Shown here piece after piece: positions 8,434 to 18,055 of a stretch of 40,000 nt of DNA. The DNA is from an uncultured Clostridia bacterium (GTDB lineage Bacteria > Bacillota > Clostridia > TANB77 > CAG-508): contig CALXQB010000001.1 of the NCBI GenBank assembly GCA_944390445.1, positions 140-40,139 on the forward strand, read 5' to 3'. Under the pieces are notes generated by a model. It was not told the origin of the DNA, did no database searches, and saw only the letters and a list, made by a program, of their open reading frames with translations. Position 1 is the stretch's first letter. Every line of letters starts with the position of its first letter. Made by a program: the position numbers and the translations under genes.

Positions 8434-8466
8434 AAAAATCTCACTCGTACGAGTGAGATTTTTTTG
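8434..8466. terminator. Bidirectional terminator between the CDF gene and the 8471 gene
   Basis: AAAAATCTCACTCG-TA-CGAGTGAGATTTTTTT. Confidence 0.8.
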
Positions 8467-8470
8467 ATCG

Positions 8471-8689
8471 CTACTTCAGATTGAACACAATCCGAAGTTT
8501 CTTCTTAGGCAGGAGAATTAAGGTTGCCTCTTCTTTAAACTCTTTATCCAGTTCAAAGAAGATTCTCATCTCCAGCTCTTCTTCAGTGACCGGAAATTGT
8601 GATAGGTCGATAATTACTTCCTTTTCTTCTCTTGCCCTTGCATTCTTCATTGCGTTTGCGACGAATGACTTCATCCTTTCCACAAGCAT
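8471..8689 (-). CDS. Hypothetical 72-aa protein (stand-alone, G+C-elevated)
   Basis: RBS GGAAGGAG directly upstream of the ATG. About 40% G+C by hand count. No motif recognised. Confidence 0.55.
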   Translation of the reverse strand: MLVERMKSFVANAMKNARAREEKEVIIDLSQFPVTEEELEMRIFFELDKEFKEEATLILLPKKKLRIVFNLK

Positions 8690-8786
8690 GCTCCTTCCTT
8701 TAAGTCGGTCCTGCAGTTAGGAATACATATAGCATATTGCTAATATAGTTATTATAGCAAAAATGCAATTTTATTTCAATACTTAA

Positions 8787-11237
8787 TTATTTTTTTATTG
8801 GCAAGACTATGATTTCATCATTTTTTGCACTTATTTTTGCTTTAGAGCCTGCTTTTAATTTACCATCTAGAATTGCTTCTGCTAGTTTGTCTTCTATTTG
8901 ATTTTGAATTGCTCTTCTTAGAGGTCTTGCCCCATAAGTAGTATCTGTTCCTTTTTTTGCAATTAATTCTTTTGCAGAGTCTTCTACTTGAATGGTAATG
9001 TTTTGTTCTTTTAATCTATTTATTACTTCTTTTAGCATAATATCAATAATTTGTTTGATTTCTGTTTCTGTTAATTTATGAAATACAATAATTTCATCAA
9101 TACGATTAATAAATTCTGGTCTAAATTGTTTTTTTAATTCTGCCATAACTTCCTTTTTTATGTCTTCATATTCTTTTTCTTCTTTTACTTCATTTGTTGT
9201 AAAACCTAATTGTTTATTCTCTGCAATTAGTCTTGCTCCTACATTAGATGTCATTATGATTACTGTGTTTTTAAAGTTTACGGTTCTACCTTGGCTATCG
9301 GTTAGTCTACCGTCTTCTAGAATTTGTAATAGCATATTCATAACATCTGGATGTGCTTTTTCTACTTCATCAAAAAGGATAACAGAATATGGCTTTCTTC
9401 TAATTTTTTCCGTTAATTGTCCACCATCATCAAATCCAACATATCCTGGAGGTGAACCGATTAATTTAGATACAGAATGACTTTCCATATATTCAGACAT
9501 GTCTACTCGTATCATGGCATCTTCATTTCCAAATAAACTCTCTGAAATTGCTTTTGCTAACTCTGTTTTACCAACACCTGTTGGTCCTAAGAATAGGAAT
9601 GAACCAATTGGACGTTTAGGGTCTTTTAAACCTACTCTACCTCTTTTAATTGCTTTACTTACAGCCTCTACTGCTTCATTTTGTCCTACTACCCTCTTAT
9701 GTAGGTTTTCTTCCAAACTTTTTAATTTGTCTGTTTCACTTTGATTGATCTTTTGTACAGGAATTCCTGTCCAATTACTAATAACTTCTGCAATATCCTC
9801 CTCTGTAATATTAACAACATTTTTTGTGTTTTTGTTTTTCCATTTTGCTTTCTCTTTCTCTAATTTTTCTTTTTCTTTTTGTTCTTTATCTCTTAGTTCT
9901 GCTGCCTTTTCAAATTCTTGTACTTTAATAGCTTCTTCTTTTTCTTTTGCTGTTGTTTTAATTGTTTCTTCTAGTTTTTTGATTTCTTCTGGTTCTGTAT
10001 AAGTTTTAAGTCTAACTCTAGAAGAAGTTTCGTCAATTAAATCTATAGCTTTGTCTGGCAAAAACCTATCATTAATATATCTTACTGCTAAATTTGTTGC
10101 TGCTTCTATTGCTTCATCTGAAATTTTTACATTATGATGTGCTTCGTATTTATCTCGAATGCCTTTTAAAATTTGAATCGTATCTTCTACACTTGGTTCC
10201 TCTACGGTAATTGGTTGGAATCTTCTTTCTAATGCTGCATCTTTTTCAATATATTTTCTATATTCATTTAAGGTAGTAGCACCAATTAATTGAATATCTC
10301 CTCTTGCAAGTAATGGTTTTAAGATATTAGCAGCATCAATAGCACCCTCTGCAGAACCTGCTCCAACAATTGTATGAATTTCATCTATAAATAAAATGAC
10401 ATCTCCTGCTTTTTTTACCTCATTTAAAGATTTTTTTATTCTTTCCTCAAAGTCTCCTCTATATTTGGCTCCAGCTACCATAGAAGTAATATCTAGTGTT
10501 ACTACTCTTTTATTTTTTAATATTTCTGGTACATCTCCTGCTACAATTTTTTCAGCTAATCCTTCTACAACCGCTGTTTTTCCAACACCTGGTTCTCCAA
10601 TTAAGCATGGATTGTTTTTGGTTCTTCTAGATAGAATTTGAATCACTCTTTCTATTTCTTTTTTTCTGCCAATGACAGGGTCTAATTTACCTTCTTTTGC
10701 AGCTTTTGTTAAATCATTTCCAAATTGATTTAAGGTTGGCGTAGAATTAAAGCTTCCACTTGCTTTTCCTTTTTCACTTTTGTTTTCCATTTCACCTGTA
10801 TCATATTCATTTACTACTTTTATAATCTCATTGTATAATTTCTGTGGATTTACATTTAAATCTAACATTATTCTAACAGCTACACTATCTCCTTCTCTCA
10901 TAATTCCAATTAATAGATGTTCTGTTCCTATATATTCTGAGCCTAGTCTTCTTGCTTCTACAAAAGCGTTTTCAATAACTCGTTTTGTTCTAGGTGTAAA
11001 ACCAATTGCTGAATTTTCTTTTGGCTCTTCTACACCAATTAGTTCTTCTATTTTCTCTTCTACTGCTTCTGGTGTTACATTTTGATTTTCCAAGACTTTG
11101 CTTGCTAGGCCAGTTCCTTCTTTTACAATTCCATATAATAAATGTTCTGTTCCTACATAGTTATGGCCTAATTCTGCAGCTATTTCATTAGCAATTTGAA
11201 TAGCATTTTCGCTTGCATTTGTAAATTTATATGTCAT
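8787..11237 (-). CDS. clpC: ATP-dependent Clp protease ATPase subunit ClpC
   Basis: Two Clp_N repeats, two AAA+ modules ([16 protein letters not shown]) and a UVR-like linker. Last gene of the ctsR operon. Start at MTYKFT after AAGGAG. Confidence 0.95.
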   Translation of the reverse strand: MTYKFTNASENAIQIANEIAAELGHNYVGTEHLLYGIVKEGTGLASKVLENQNVTPEAVEEKIEELIGVEEPKENSAIGFTPRTKRVIENAFVEARRLGSEYIGTEHLLIGIMREGDSVAVRIMLDLNVNPQKLYNEIIKVVNEYDTGEMENKSEKGKASGSFNSTPTLNQFGNDLTKAAKEGKLDPVIGRKKEIERVIQILSRRTKNNPCLIGEPGVGKTAVVEGLAEKIVAGDVPEILKNKRVVTLDITSMVAGAKYRGDFEERIKKSLNEVKKAGDVILFIDEIHTIVGAGSAEGAIDAANILKPLLARGDIQLIGATTLNEYRKYIEKDAALERRFQPITVEEPSVEDTIQILKGIRDKYEAHHNVKISDEAIEAATNLAVRYINDRFLPDKAIDLIDETSSRVRLKTYTEPEEIKKLEETIKTTAKEKEEAIKVQEFEKAAELRDKEQKEKEKLEKEKAKWKNKNTKNVVNITEEDIAEVISNWTGIPVQKINQSETDKLKSLEENLHKRVVGQNEAVEAVSKAIKRGRVGLKDPKRPIGSFLFLGPTGVGKTELAKAISESLFGNEDAMIRVDMSEYMESHSVSKLIGSPPGYVGFDDGGQLTEKIRRKPYSVILFDEVEKAHPDVMNMLLQILEDGRLTDSQGRTVNFKNTVIIMTSNVGARLIAENKQLGFTTNEVKEEKEYEDIKKEVMAELKKQFRPEFINRIDEIIVFHKLTETEIKQIIDIMLKEVINRLKEQNITIQVEDSAKELIAKKGTDTTYGARPLRRAIQNQIEDKLAEAILDGKLKAGSKAKISAKNDEIIVLPIKK

Positions 11238-11262
11238 AAGAATCAACTCCTTTTTATTTATT

Positions 11263-12273
11263 TTATACAATTTGTTTTATCATTTTTGCTCTCTCAATGT
11301 CTCTTTCATAATCGCCTAGTTGTTTTCCTACATATTTTTGTAAGTTAGCTTGTTTTGTATATAAATATAATTTATTTACTTGGGTATCATCTATTTCTTT
11401 AATAATACCCATATCTACTCCTAATTTTACATCTGATAATAATTTTTTACATTCCTCAGAAGTAATTTTTTGTGCATTTGTTAAGATACCATAAGCTCTA
11501 TATACTCTATCTGCTAAGTCTATTTCATTTTTTCCTAAGTAGCTTCTTGCTAATCTTTCTTGCTCCATTATTTTTTCTGCAATTATTTTTTGATTTTTTA
11601 AAATTTCTTCTTCTGTAATTCCTAAAGATTGTTTATTAGATACTTGATATAAGTTTCCTTGAGTATTACTTCCTTCTCCATAGATTCCTCTAATATTCAT
11701 TCCAAAGTTATTTACCACTTCTAATACTTTTTCTATATTTCCTGTTAAAGTAAGGGCTGGTAGGTGGAACATATTAGAAATTCTAAGTCCTGTACCAACA
11801 TTAGTTGGGCAGCTTGTTAAAAAACCATATTTTTCACTATAGGCATAGGTAATATTTTGTCCTATCTTTTGATCAATTTCCAAAGCTAAATTCAATGCGT
11901 TTTCTAGCTCTAATCCTGGCGCTAATACTTGAATTCTTAAATGATCTTCTTCATTAACCATGATACAAATATTTTCTTCTTCATTCATTAAAATAGCACC
12001 AATATCATTTCGATTTAAGGCAAAATCAGGACTAATCAAATGCTTTTCTATCAAACTCATTTTCGTAATATCATCCATATCTTTTAATTGAAATAGTTTT
12101 AGTCCATACCCTAAATTTGGTATGATTTCTTCCATTTTTTCTACTATTTTTTTACCATCTATTTTGGTACATTTTGGCATAAAGGGAAAGTTTGCAAAAT
12201 TTCTTGCGATTCTAACTCTTGTACTCGTTACCACATCGGATTCTTTTCCAGATTGTAAATACCAATTAAGCAT
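11263..12273 (-). CDS. mcsB: Protein-arginine kinase McsB
   Basis: ATP:guanido phosphotransferase-like core ([21 protein letters not shown]). Positioned between mcsA and clpC. Confidence 0.9.
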   Translation of the reverse strand: MLNWYLQSGKESDVVTSTRVRIARNFANFPFMPKCTKIDGKKIVEKMEEIIPNLGYGLKLFQLKDMDDITKMSLIEKHLISPDFALNRNDIGAILMNEEENICIMVNEEDHLRIQVLAPGLELENALNLALEIDQKIGQNITYAYSEKYGFLTSCPTNVGTGLRISNMFHLPALTLTGNIEKVLEVVNNFGMNIRGIYGEGSNTQGNLYQVSNKQSLGITEEEILKNQKIIAEKIMEQERLARSYLGKNEIDLADRVYRAYGILTNAQKITSEECKKLLSDVKLGVDMGIIKEIDDTQVNKLYLYTKQANLQKYVGKQLGDYERDIERAKMIKQIV

Positions 12274-12808
12274 TTTCTTTTCCTCCTTTTTTCTCTAACT
12301 TTTTAATTTCATCTCTTATTTTGGCTGCTTCTTCATATTTTTCCTCTTGAATTGCTTTTTTTAATTGTGACTGTAACTGTTCTAGTTTATTTTCTTCAGG
12401 ATATATTTCTGTTTTTTCTAGCTTTATTTTACTTGTTTTTTCTTTTCTTTTTCCTGTATATCGATTTGCACCTTGTAGCCTTTTTAAAATAGGATCAATT
12501 CTATTTGAGAAGGCTTCATAACAATTTGCACATCCAAATTTTCCTATCTTCGTAAATTCATCATATGTCATCCCACAGGTATCACATTTTTCTTGTTTTG
12601 GTATTGCTAAACTTGGCATAAAGTTTAGTTCTGGCTCAAAGAAGTCTTCAAAAAAATTGGAAAAGCTAAGTGGCATATTAAAGTGCATATTTCCAATTCC
12701 TAATTCTTGACTACATTTTTCACATAGATTCATTTCCTTCTTTTCTCCATTGATAATTTGTGTATATTTTACATTGGCTTCTCTTTCATGACAACGATCA
12801 CATAACAT
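12266..12808 (-). CDS. mcsA: McsA, activator of McsB (zinc-finger plus UVR domain)
   Basis: Start MLCDRCHEREA. Four CxxC pairs and a C-terminal UVR-like EEKYEEAAKIRDEIKKL. Confidence 0.85.
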   Translation of the reverse strand: MLCDRCHEREANVKYTQIINGEKKEMNLCEKCSQELGIGNMHFNMPLSFSNFFEDFFEPELNFMPSLAIPKQEKCDTCGMTYDEFTKIGKFGCANCYEAFSNRIDPILKRLQGANRYTGKRKEKTSKIKLEKTEIYPEENKLEQLQSQLKKAIQEEKYEEAAKIRDEIKKLEKKGGKENA

Positions 12809-12827
12809 AAAAATCACATTCCTTTCT

Positions 12828-13280
12828 TTAATCAATTAAATTTAATAACATATTTTTAAAAATGTTTGCTCTAATCTTATCCTTTATTTCTGTATTTATC
12901 ATAAGTACATTATCACTTGTTGCTACTTTTAATAGTTTTGCTTCTTTTTCGGAAATCATATTATAAGATAAAAAGTTATTAATAAAAATATCTACTTCAT
13001 TTGCAGATATGCTATCTCCTAAAGTAGTAATAATATGCATAAAGTAGTTACTTTTTGTAATATTAATTTTTTTTATCTTAATACTCCCTCCTCCACCTCT
13101 TTTACTTTCTACATAATATCCTTGTTTTGGTGTAAATCTTGTAGAAATGACATAATTAATTTGAGATGGTACACAGCCAAAGTGTTCTGCTAAGTCATTT
13201 CTTTGAATTTCTATAAGATTGGCATCTTGTTCATCAAATAACTCTTTGATAAAATCTTCTATTATATCTGCAATTCTCAT
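12828..13280 (-). CDS. ctsR: Class III stress-gene repressor CtsR
   Basis: Full-length CtsR-like sequence (SQINYVISTRFT, GYYVESKRGGGG). First gene of the ctsR-mcsA-mcsB-clpC operon. Confidence 0.9.
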   Translation of the reverse strand: MRIADIIEDFIKELFDEQDANLIEIQRNDLAEHFGCVPSQINYVISTRFTPKQGYYVESKRGGGGSIKIKKINITKSNYFMHIITTLGDSISANEVDIFINNFLSYNMISEKEAKLLKVATSDNVLMINTEIKDKIRANIFKNMLLNLID

Positions 13281-13292
13281 TTCTTCATCTCC

Positions 13293-13316
13293 TTTTGACT
13301 TTGACTTTCTTTGACT
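13293..13316 (-). promoter_or_regulatory. CtsR operator (direct heptad repeats)
   Basis: Minus strand AGTCAAAGAAAGTCAAAGTCAAAA matches RGTCAAA-NAN-RGTCAAA and adds a third heptad. It sits just downstream of a TATAAT. Confidence 0.75.
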
Positions 13317-13342
13317 TACGTTATTATTATATCATGATTAAA

Positions 13343-13372
13343 AAAACATTCAAATTTAAAATTTGAATGTTT
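13343..13372 (-). terminator. Terminator downstream of the 13384 gene
   Basis: AAACATTCAAAT/ATTTGAATGTTT stem followed by a T-run on the minus strand. Confidence 0.75.
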
Positions 13373-13383
13373 CTTTTTATTTT

Positions 13384-13593
13384 TTATGATTTTTCTTTAT
13401 TTCCATTATTTTTCTCTTCTTTCTTCACTTTATCATCTGTTTTCGTTACTTCTTGCATTTTTCTAGCTTGTTCTTTTTGCTTTTCAATTGGTAGCCAGTG
13501 ATGGTAAGAACAAACAAATTCCCCATAAAGCGTTGCATCTTCTCCGATCTCTTCCTTAAATTTACTCTTTGTTATTTCCTTTTCTTCACTCAT
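13384..13593 (-). CDS. Hypothetical 69-aa lysine/glutamate-rich protein
   Basis: Start MSEEKEIT after AGAGGTG. Lies 51 nt downstream of the pilin-like gene on the same strand. Confidence 0.5.
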   Translation of the reverse strand: MSEEKEITKSKFKEEIGEDATLYGEFVCSYHHWLPIEKQKEQARKMQEVTKTDDKVKKEEKNNGNKEKS

Positions 13594-13674
13594 ACATAAC
13601 ACCTCTTTTATTGTTATGTACAAATTTTATTTTTTTATTCGTTAAAGATATTTTTTACTTCAGCATATATGCTA

Positions 13675-15021
13675 TCACAGATATATTATAGAACGAGTAC
13701 TATTATAATAACTTGCAAGTGTTGGTAGATTATTAACGCGGAAACTTGCTGGGTTCATATCCCCATCAGTCACATAGGCATAATCATTGCCCCTATGGCC
13801 TCGTCCTTCTCTTTCTCCTGATACTGCTGGACCTGCCGCTTCTAATGTTGATTCCCAGAAATTACCTTCTAAATCATATATATTTTTCATTTTATCTAAT
13901 TCGTTTTGCCCTGACAAAGCTGGACTGATCATTAAGTTTCTATCACTGTGCCCTACCTGTGCTTCTTCTCCTATAAATTTGATCACTTGATCATACTGAC
14001 ATCCCCATATCATTTGTTGATTATTATTTATGTTTCTTAATGTATTATATAATCCATACCACATGTTAGCTCCCAGATAATTATCTCCATTGGTATTTGC
14101 CGATGTTAGTATTTTTTGATTCTTTTTACTATCTCCATTTTCTCCTACTTCATATCTGCTTATATAAAATCCTTTATTTTTTGCAACACTTGTTGCCATT
14201 AAGATAAAGTCACTTTTTAATTGTTCTATATCCAAATTATTATTTGGATCACTACTTAATACCCCTGGTTCATAATAATTATTCTTATTATATGTCTGTT
14301 TTCGGTCTGTAAAATTCATTTTATAAGAATATATGCTATTGCCTGTATCAACATTTGAACTAACATAAAGTCTTCCTACTAAATCGGTTGCTGTTTCTAG
14401 ATGTTTTGTACATTTTAACGTATTTCCTTCTAATACTAAATTGCATTGACTTGTACTACTATTACTACTACACATCACCATACTATCAATATTATTTACT
14501 GGTATCCATATATATTGATTTCTACTGGTTAATGCTTCTTCATGGTTTTCCTCTGTGACAGGGTCAGTTCCTTCATATATCACTAATCCATCTTCGATTT
14601 TATTTTCTCCCCATACTTGTGATGCAATATATCCCTCTGGCATTGGGACTTCATCCGCTATTACTAGTGGTTTTGTTTCTGAAATTTTTCCGCTACTCAC
14701 TTCAATGTAAAATTCATATTCTGGATAGATAACTCCTATATAATATACTCCATCTATTATTTCTTTGCCATCTGGTAAATCTTCTAATTTTGTTTTCAAT
14801 GTTTCTTTTATCACGTTCCCGTATCTATCCATAGATTGTATTGTCATAATATTAATTTGTTCTTCTATATCTTTCTTTTCAGTTTCTATTTTTGCTTCCT
14901 TTGTTTTATCCACTACACCATTCGGATTTACAAGTGCTCCTATTCCTATCCCTGCTAAGATAATTAACACCACTACCGTTACTACTAATGCAACTAGGGT
15001 GATTCCTTTTTCTTCTTTCAT
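13675..15021 (-). CDS. Prepilin-type N-terminus fused to an FGE-sulfatase (SUMF1)-like C-terminal domain
   Basis: N-terminus MKEEKG|ITLVALVVTVVVLIILAG has the class III signal pattern with Ala at +5 instead of Glu. C-terminus NIYDLEGNFWEST...GRGHRGNDY...SFRV resembles the FGE motifs YDMSGNVWEWT...RGGSW...GFR. RBS GGAGGT. Confidence 0.65.
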   Translation of the reverse strand: MKEEKGITLVALVVTVVVLIILAGIGIGALVNPNGVVDKTKEAKIETEKKDIEEQINIMTIQSMDRYGNVIKETLKTKLEDLPDGKEIIDGVYYIGVIYPEYEFYIEVSSGKISETKPLVIADEVPMPEGYIASQVWGENKIEDGLVIYEGTDPVTEENHEEALTSRNQYIWIPVNNIDSMVMCSSNSSTSQCNLVLEGNTLKCTKHLETATDLVGRLYVSSNVDTGNSIYSYKMNFTDRKQTYNKNNYYEPGVLSSDPNNNLDIEQLKSDFILMATSVAKNKGFYISRYEVGENGDSKKNQKILTSANTNGDNYLGANMWYGLYNTLRNINNNQQMIWGCQYDQVIKFIGEEAQVGHSDRNLMISPALSGQNELDKMKNIYDLEGNFWESTLEAAGPAVSGEREGRGHRGNDYAYVTDGDMNPASFRVNNLPTLASYYNSTRSIIYL

Positions 15022-15093
15022 TTTCTCTTTTACCTCCGTTTCTTTTTCTAGGACTCGCCTTGGACGAGTTTATACATTTTTTTGTCATTTCTT

Positions 15094-15293
15094 TGTAGTG
15101 GGTGTCGGCGAATCAATGTCATTAACTTAAGAAAAAATAAATTGTTATGCCTATAGTAAATAGAGTGCTTAGAAGCATTACATCTTATTGCAGACTTGAA
15201 ATCCTTTATAATATTTACTAGTGTATCTATTAAATTTGATAATTTATTTGCTTAAGTTAATGACATTGTCGGTGAATGCGCCGACACCCTACA
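15094..15293. mobile_element. 200-bp MITE-like element with about 40-bp terminal inverted repeats
   Basis: Left end TGTAGTGGGTGTCGGCGAATCAATGTCATTAACTTAAG. Right end CTTAAGTTAATGACATTGTCGGTGAATGCGCCGACACCCTACA. AT-rich non-coding core. Confidence 0.7.
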
Positions 15294-15377
15294 TGTATTA
15301 TCAATGAATTTTGAACCATTCATAATATTTTTTATTATGCTTCAGATAGATAGTTTTTATTCTTTTCTCTTCTTTTA

Positions 15378-15458
<81 letters not shown>

Positions 15459-15507
15459 CTTCTCTTTCTCCTTTTATTTCTTCACATGCTATTTTGTTCT
15501 TCTTTAT

Positions 15508-15536
15508 CTTATATGTTTTTTTGCTCTCTTTGTCAA
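15508..15536 (-). promoter_or_regulatory. Near-consensus sigma-A promoter facing the microsatellite and pilin-like gene
   Basis: Minus strand TTGACA, 17-nt spacer, TATAAG. Confidence 0.5.
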
Positions 15537-15659
15537 GTCTTTTTTTACTCCTTTTAAAATTCTATTGCATATATTATCTTTTCTTTATCACTCAATCTAT
15601 TATCTTTATCATATTTTGATTTTTACTAATTTTTTTCAGTTAAGGAAGTATCCTTTCGC

Positions 15660-17399
15660 TTATTCTTCTAAATATTGTTTTACGATTTCCCATACGCTTT
15701 CGTCTTCTCTGTCTTTTGCCCAGAAAGCAACTCCTCCTAATTCGTATTCTCTTGCTAAGTTTAATTTTTCTTGAATAGATTGATTATCTTCTATCCACAT
15801 TTTATAAGTTGTACTTCCATTGTTATATTCTATATAATTTTGTTTGGTTTCGTCATTCCATACTCTTTCTACTGAACTTGGAAATCTTCTACTAATATAA
15901 CTTTCTGTATCTGCCATATCGATTACATCACTATCTAAGTCTTCTCCTTCTGTTTCATACCAAACTCTTGTATAGAATGGGATTCCTAATATCATTTTTT
16001 CTTTTGGAACTCCTTCTTGTTTTCCTACAAATTTGTCTAATGCTAATTTTACCCAGTCATATCCCGCTACACTTCCTGCTACTGTACTGCTTTCTCCATG
16101 TTGATCATATCCCATGAAAATCATGTAATCCACATTTTTAGCTAAATTATATCTATCAAAACATTGTGACCAAGTTTCTCCTCCATCTGGTGCTGTTACA
16201 TCAACAGATAGTGTCATTCCATAATCTTTTAATCTTGGAGCTAATTCTACAATAAATCTTGTAAATAAATCTTTGTCTTCCATATACATGTTTTCAAAGT
16301 CAATGTTAATACCATCTACTCCATATTTTACTGCTAAATCTACAATTCCTTTAATCGTTTTTTCTCTTAGTTTAAAGTCATTCATAATTTCGCTGGTTGT
16401 TTCAATCATAGATTCGTTGGAAAACATAGCCCACACTTCATATCCTTGTTCTTTTGCCCATTCTACATAAGCTTGTCCTTCTTCTCCGGCTTTGTCTATG
16501 ATATCTCCTTGTCCTAATCTTTTCAAGGCAAAGAAAGTTGGTGACACCACATTTACTCCTTCAATTGTTGTCCCACTTCTATCTGGTGCTGTTACATATT
16601 CTGAATAATAATCCCATACTAGGCTTACCCTTTTTAACTTTTCTTCTTCTGGCATTTCTTCTCTTACAGAAATAACATTAGCTAGTTTGTCTTCTTTAAC
16701 ATAACCAATTTTTCCTCTTTCAGTTCTAATTTCTGCCCAACCATCTTCTGAAGTAGATATTAATACTACTTTTTCTCCTTGCTCTACTTTATCTACTGTT
16801 CTAGAAAAGAATTTCATCCTTGATTTTACACTTAAGTTTTTAGAAGCATCTGCTTTTTGTTGTGATCTATTTAAAGAGTCTAGTAATAAAATGTCTGTTT
16901 CTTCTATATAGGTTGCTTCCATATGATAAACATCTTGTAATTCAAAAATTGGTAAATAATAAGTATCATCTTTTTGAATAGCTGGTGCAGCAGTTCTAAT
17001 AATACTATCATTTATTTTTATTTCGTTTTCTCCCACTACCATAACTCCGATTTTATTATTATCAGTCGTAATAATTTGGTTGTATTGTTCGTCATAATAA
17101 ATAAAGGAATCATAAAAATTTTCTAAGTCTTCCATAGATAAGTAAATATTTCCTTTTTCGTCAATATATACCTCTTTTTTTAGATGTGCTGTAATATTAT
17201 TGTTATTAATAATTACATTTGTTCTGTCTGTAATTTCTTCATTTTTATAATTAGGTGAAATTACTAAAATAAATGCAACAATAGCAAGTGCAATTAGCAC
17301 TACAATTCCTTTCGTAATGTAATTTCCCCTGCTTTTTCTTTCTTTTCCATGTTTATTTTTTACAGGTTTTTCATTGATTTGTTTGTTATTTTCTTCCAT
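15660..17399 (-). CDS. Membrane-anchored GH18 glycoside hydrolase with SH3-like domain (YaaH/SleL-like wall hydrolase)
   Basis: GH18 catalytic signature DGINIDFE. SH3b-like GWAEIRTERGKIGYV. N-terminal TM anchor. Confidence 0.8.
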   Translation of the reverse strand: MEENNKQINEKPVKNKHGKERKSRGNYITKGIVVLIALAIVAFILVISPNYKNEEITDRTNVIINNNNITAHLKKEVYIDEKGNIYLSMEDLENFYDSFIYYDEQYNQIITTDNNKIGVMVVGENEIKINDSIIRTAAPAIQKDDTYYLPIFELQDVYHMEATYIEETDILLLDSLNRSQQKADASKNLSVKSRMKFFSRTVDKVEQGEKVVLISTSEDGWAEIRTERGKIGYVKEDKLANVISVREEMPEEEKLKRVSLVWDYYSEYVTAPDRSGTTIEGVNVVSPTFFALKRLGQGDIIDKAGEEGQAYVEWAKEQGYEVWAMFSNESMIETTSEIMNDFKLREKTIKGIVDLAVKYGVDGINIDFENMYMEDKDLFTRFIVELAPRLKDYGMTLSVDVTAPDGGETWSQCFDRYNLAKNVDYMIFMGYDQHGESSTVAGSVAGYDWVKLALDKFVGKQEGVPKEKMILGIPFYTRVWYETEGEDLDSDVIDMADTESYISRRFPSSVERVWNDETKQNYIEYNNGSTTYKMWIEDNQSIQEKLNLAREYELGGVAFWAKDREDESVWEIVKQYLEE

Positions 17400-17603
17400 T
17401 TACTTGCTCCTCTATTTTATTTTTCTATTTTAATTACTATATCATAAAAGTATTTTTTAGTGAATATATTTTTATAAAATTTTTCATAAAAAATTTTCAT
17501 GTAATTTAACACATTTTTCTTAAAATCACTTTCTTTTTTGTGTGTTTTATTGTATAATATTAATGTTAAGTGTCGATTTTTCAAATAAAGGAGGGTAATT
17601 TTC

Positions 17604-18044
17604 ATGTGGATTGTTTGGCTAATCGCTGCAGGTGTCTTTTTTATAGGCGAAATTATTACGGTTGGCTTTTTAATTTTTTGGTTTGGTGTAGGAAGTTTAA
17701 TTGCAATGGTTACTAGTTTTATTTTCCCAGATAATGTTCTATTGCAAAGTATCGTATTTTTAGTTTCTTCTACCGTTCTTATTCTTTGTACAAAACCAAT
17801 TGTGAATAAGTATATTTCTAAAAAGTCTGTTCCTACCAATGTTTATTCTGTAGTAGGAAAAGTAGGCATTGTAACAAAGTCAATTTCATTTGAAGAACCT
17901 GGGCAAGTTAAAGTAGACGGTGAGGTGTGGACAGCTGTTTCAGAAGATTCTTCTACCATTGAAAAAGACACAGAAGTTACTATTCATAAAGTGGATGGTG
18001 TGAAACTAATTGTTTCCCCTATTCAAGTAACACAAAACAAATAG
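17604..18044 (+). CDS. NfeD-family membrane protein
   Basis: Two or three TM helices plus a C-terminal OB-like GQVKVDGEVWTA. Immediately upstream of an SPFH gene, the classic pairing. Confidence 0.8.
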   Translation: MWIVWLIAAGVFFIGEIITVGFLIFWFGVGSLIAMVTSFIFPDNVLLQSIVFLVSSTVLILCTKPIVNKYISKKSVPTNVYSVVGKVGIVTKSISFEEPGQVKVDGEVWTAVSEDSSTIEKDTEVTIHKVDGVKLIVSPIQVTQNK

Positions 18045-18055
18045 GAGGTTTTAAA

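Noticed and set aside
14906-15088. 60-aa minus-strand ORF overlapping the start of the pilin-like gene in another frame
   Set aside because: It is out of frame with a well-supported gene that has a clear RBS. The product is Arg/Ser-rich and featureless.
17417-17839. 140-aa minus-strand ORF upstream of and overlapping nfeD
   Set aside because: It overlaps the nfeD promoter and coding start on the opposite strand. AT-rich Lys/Ile/Phe translation with no RBS.
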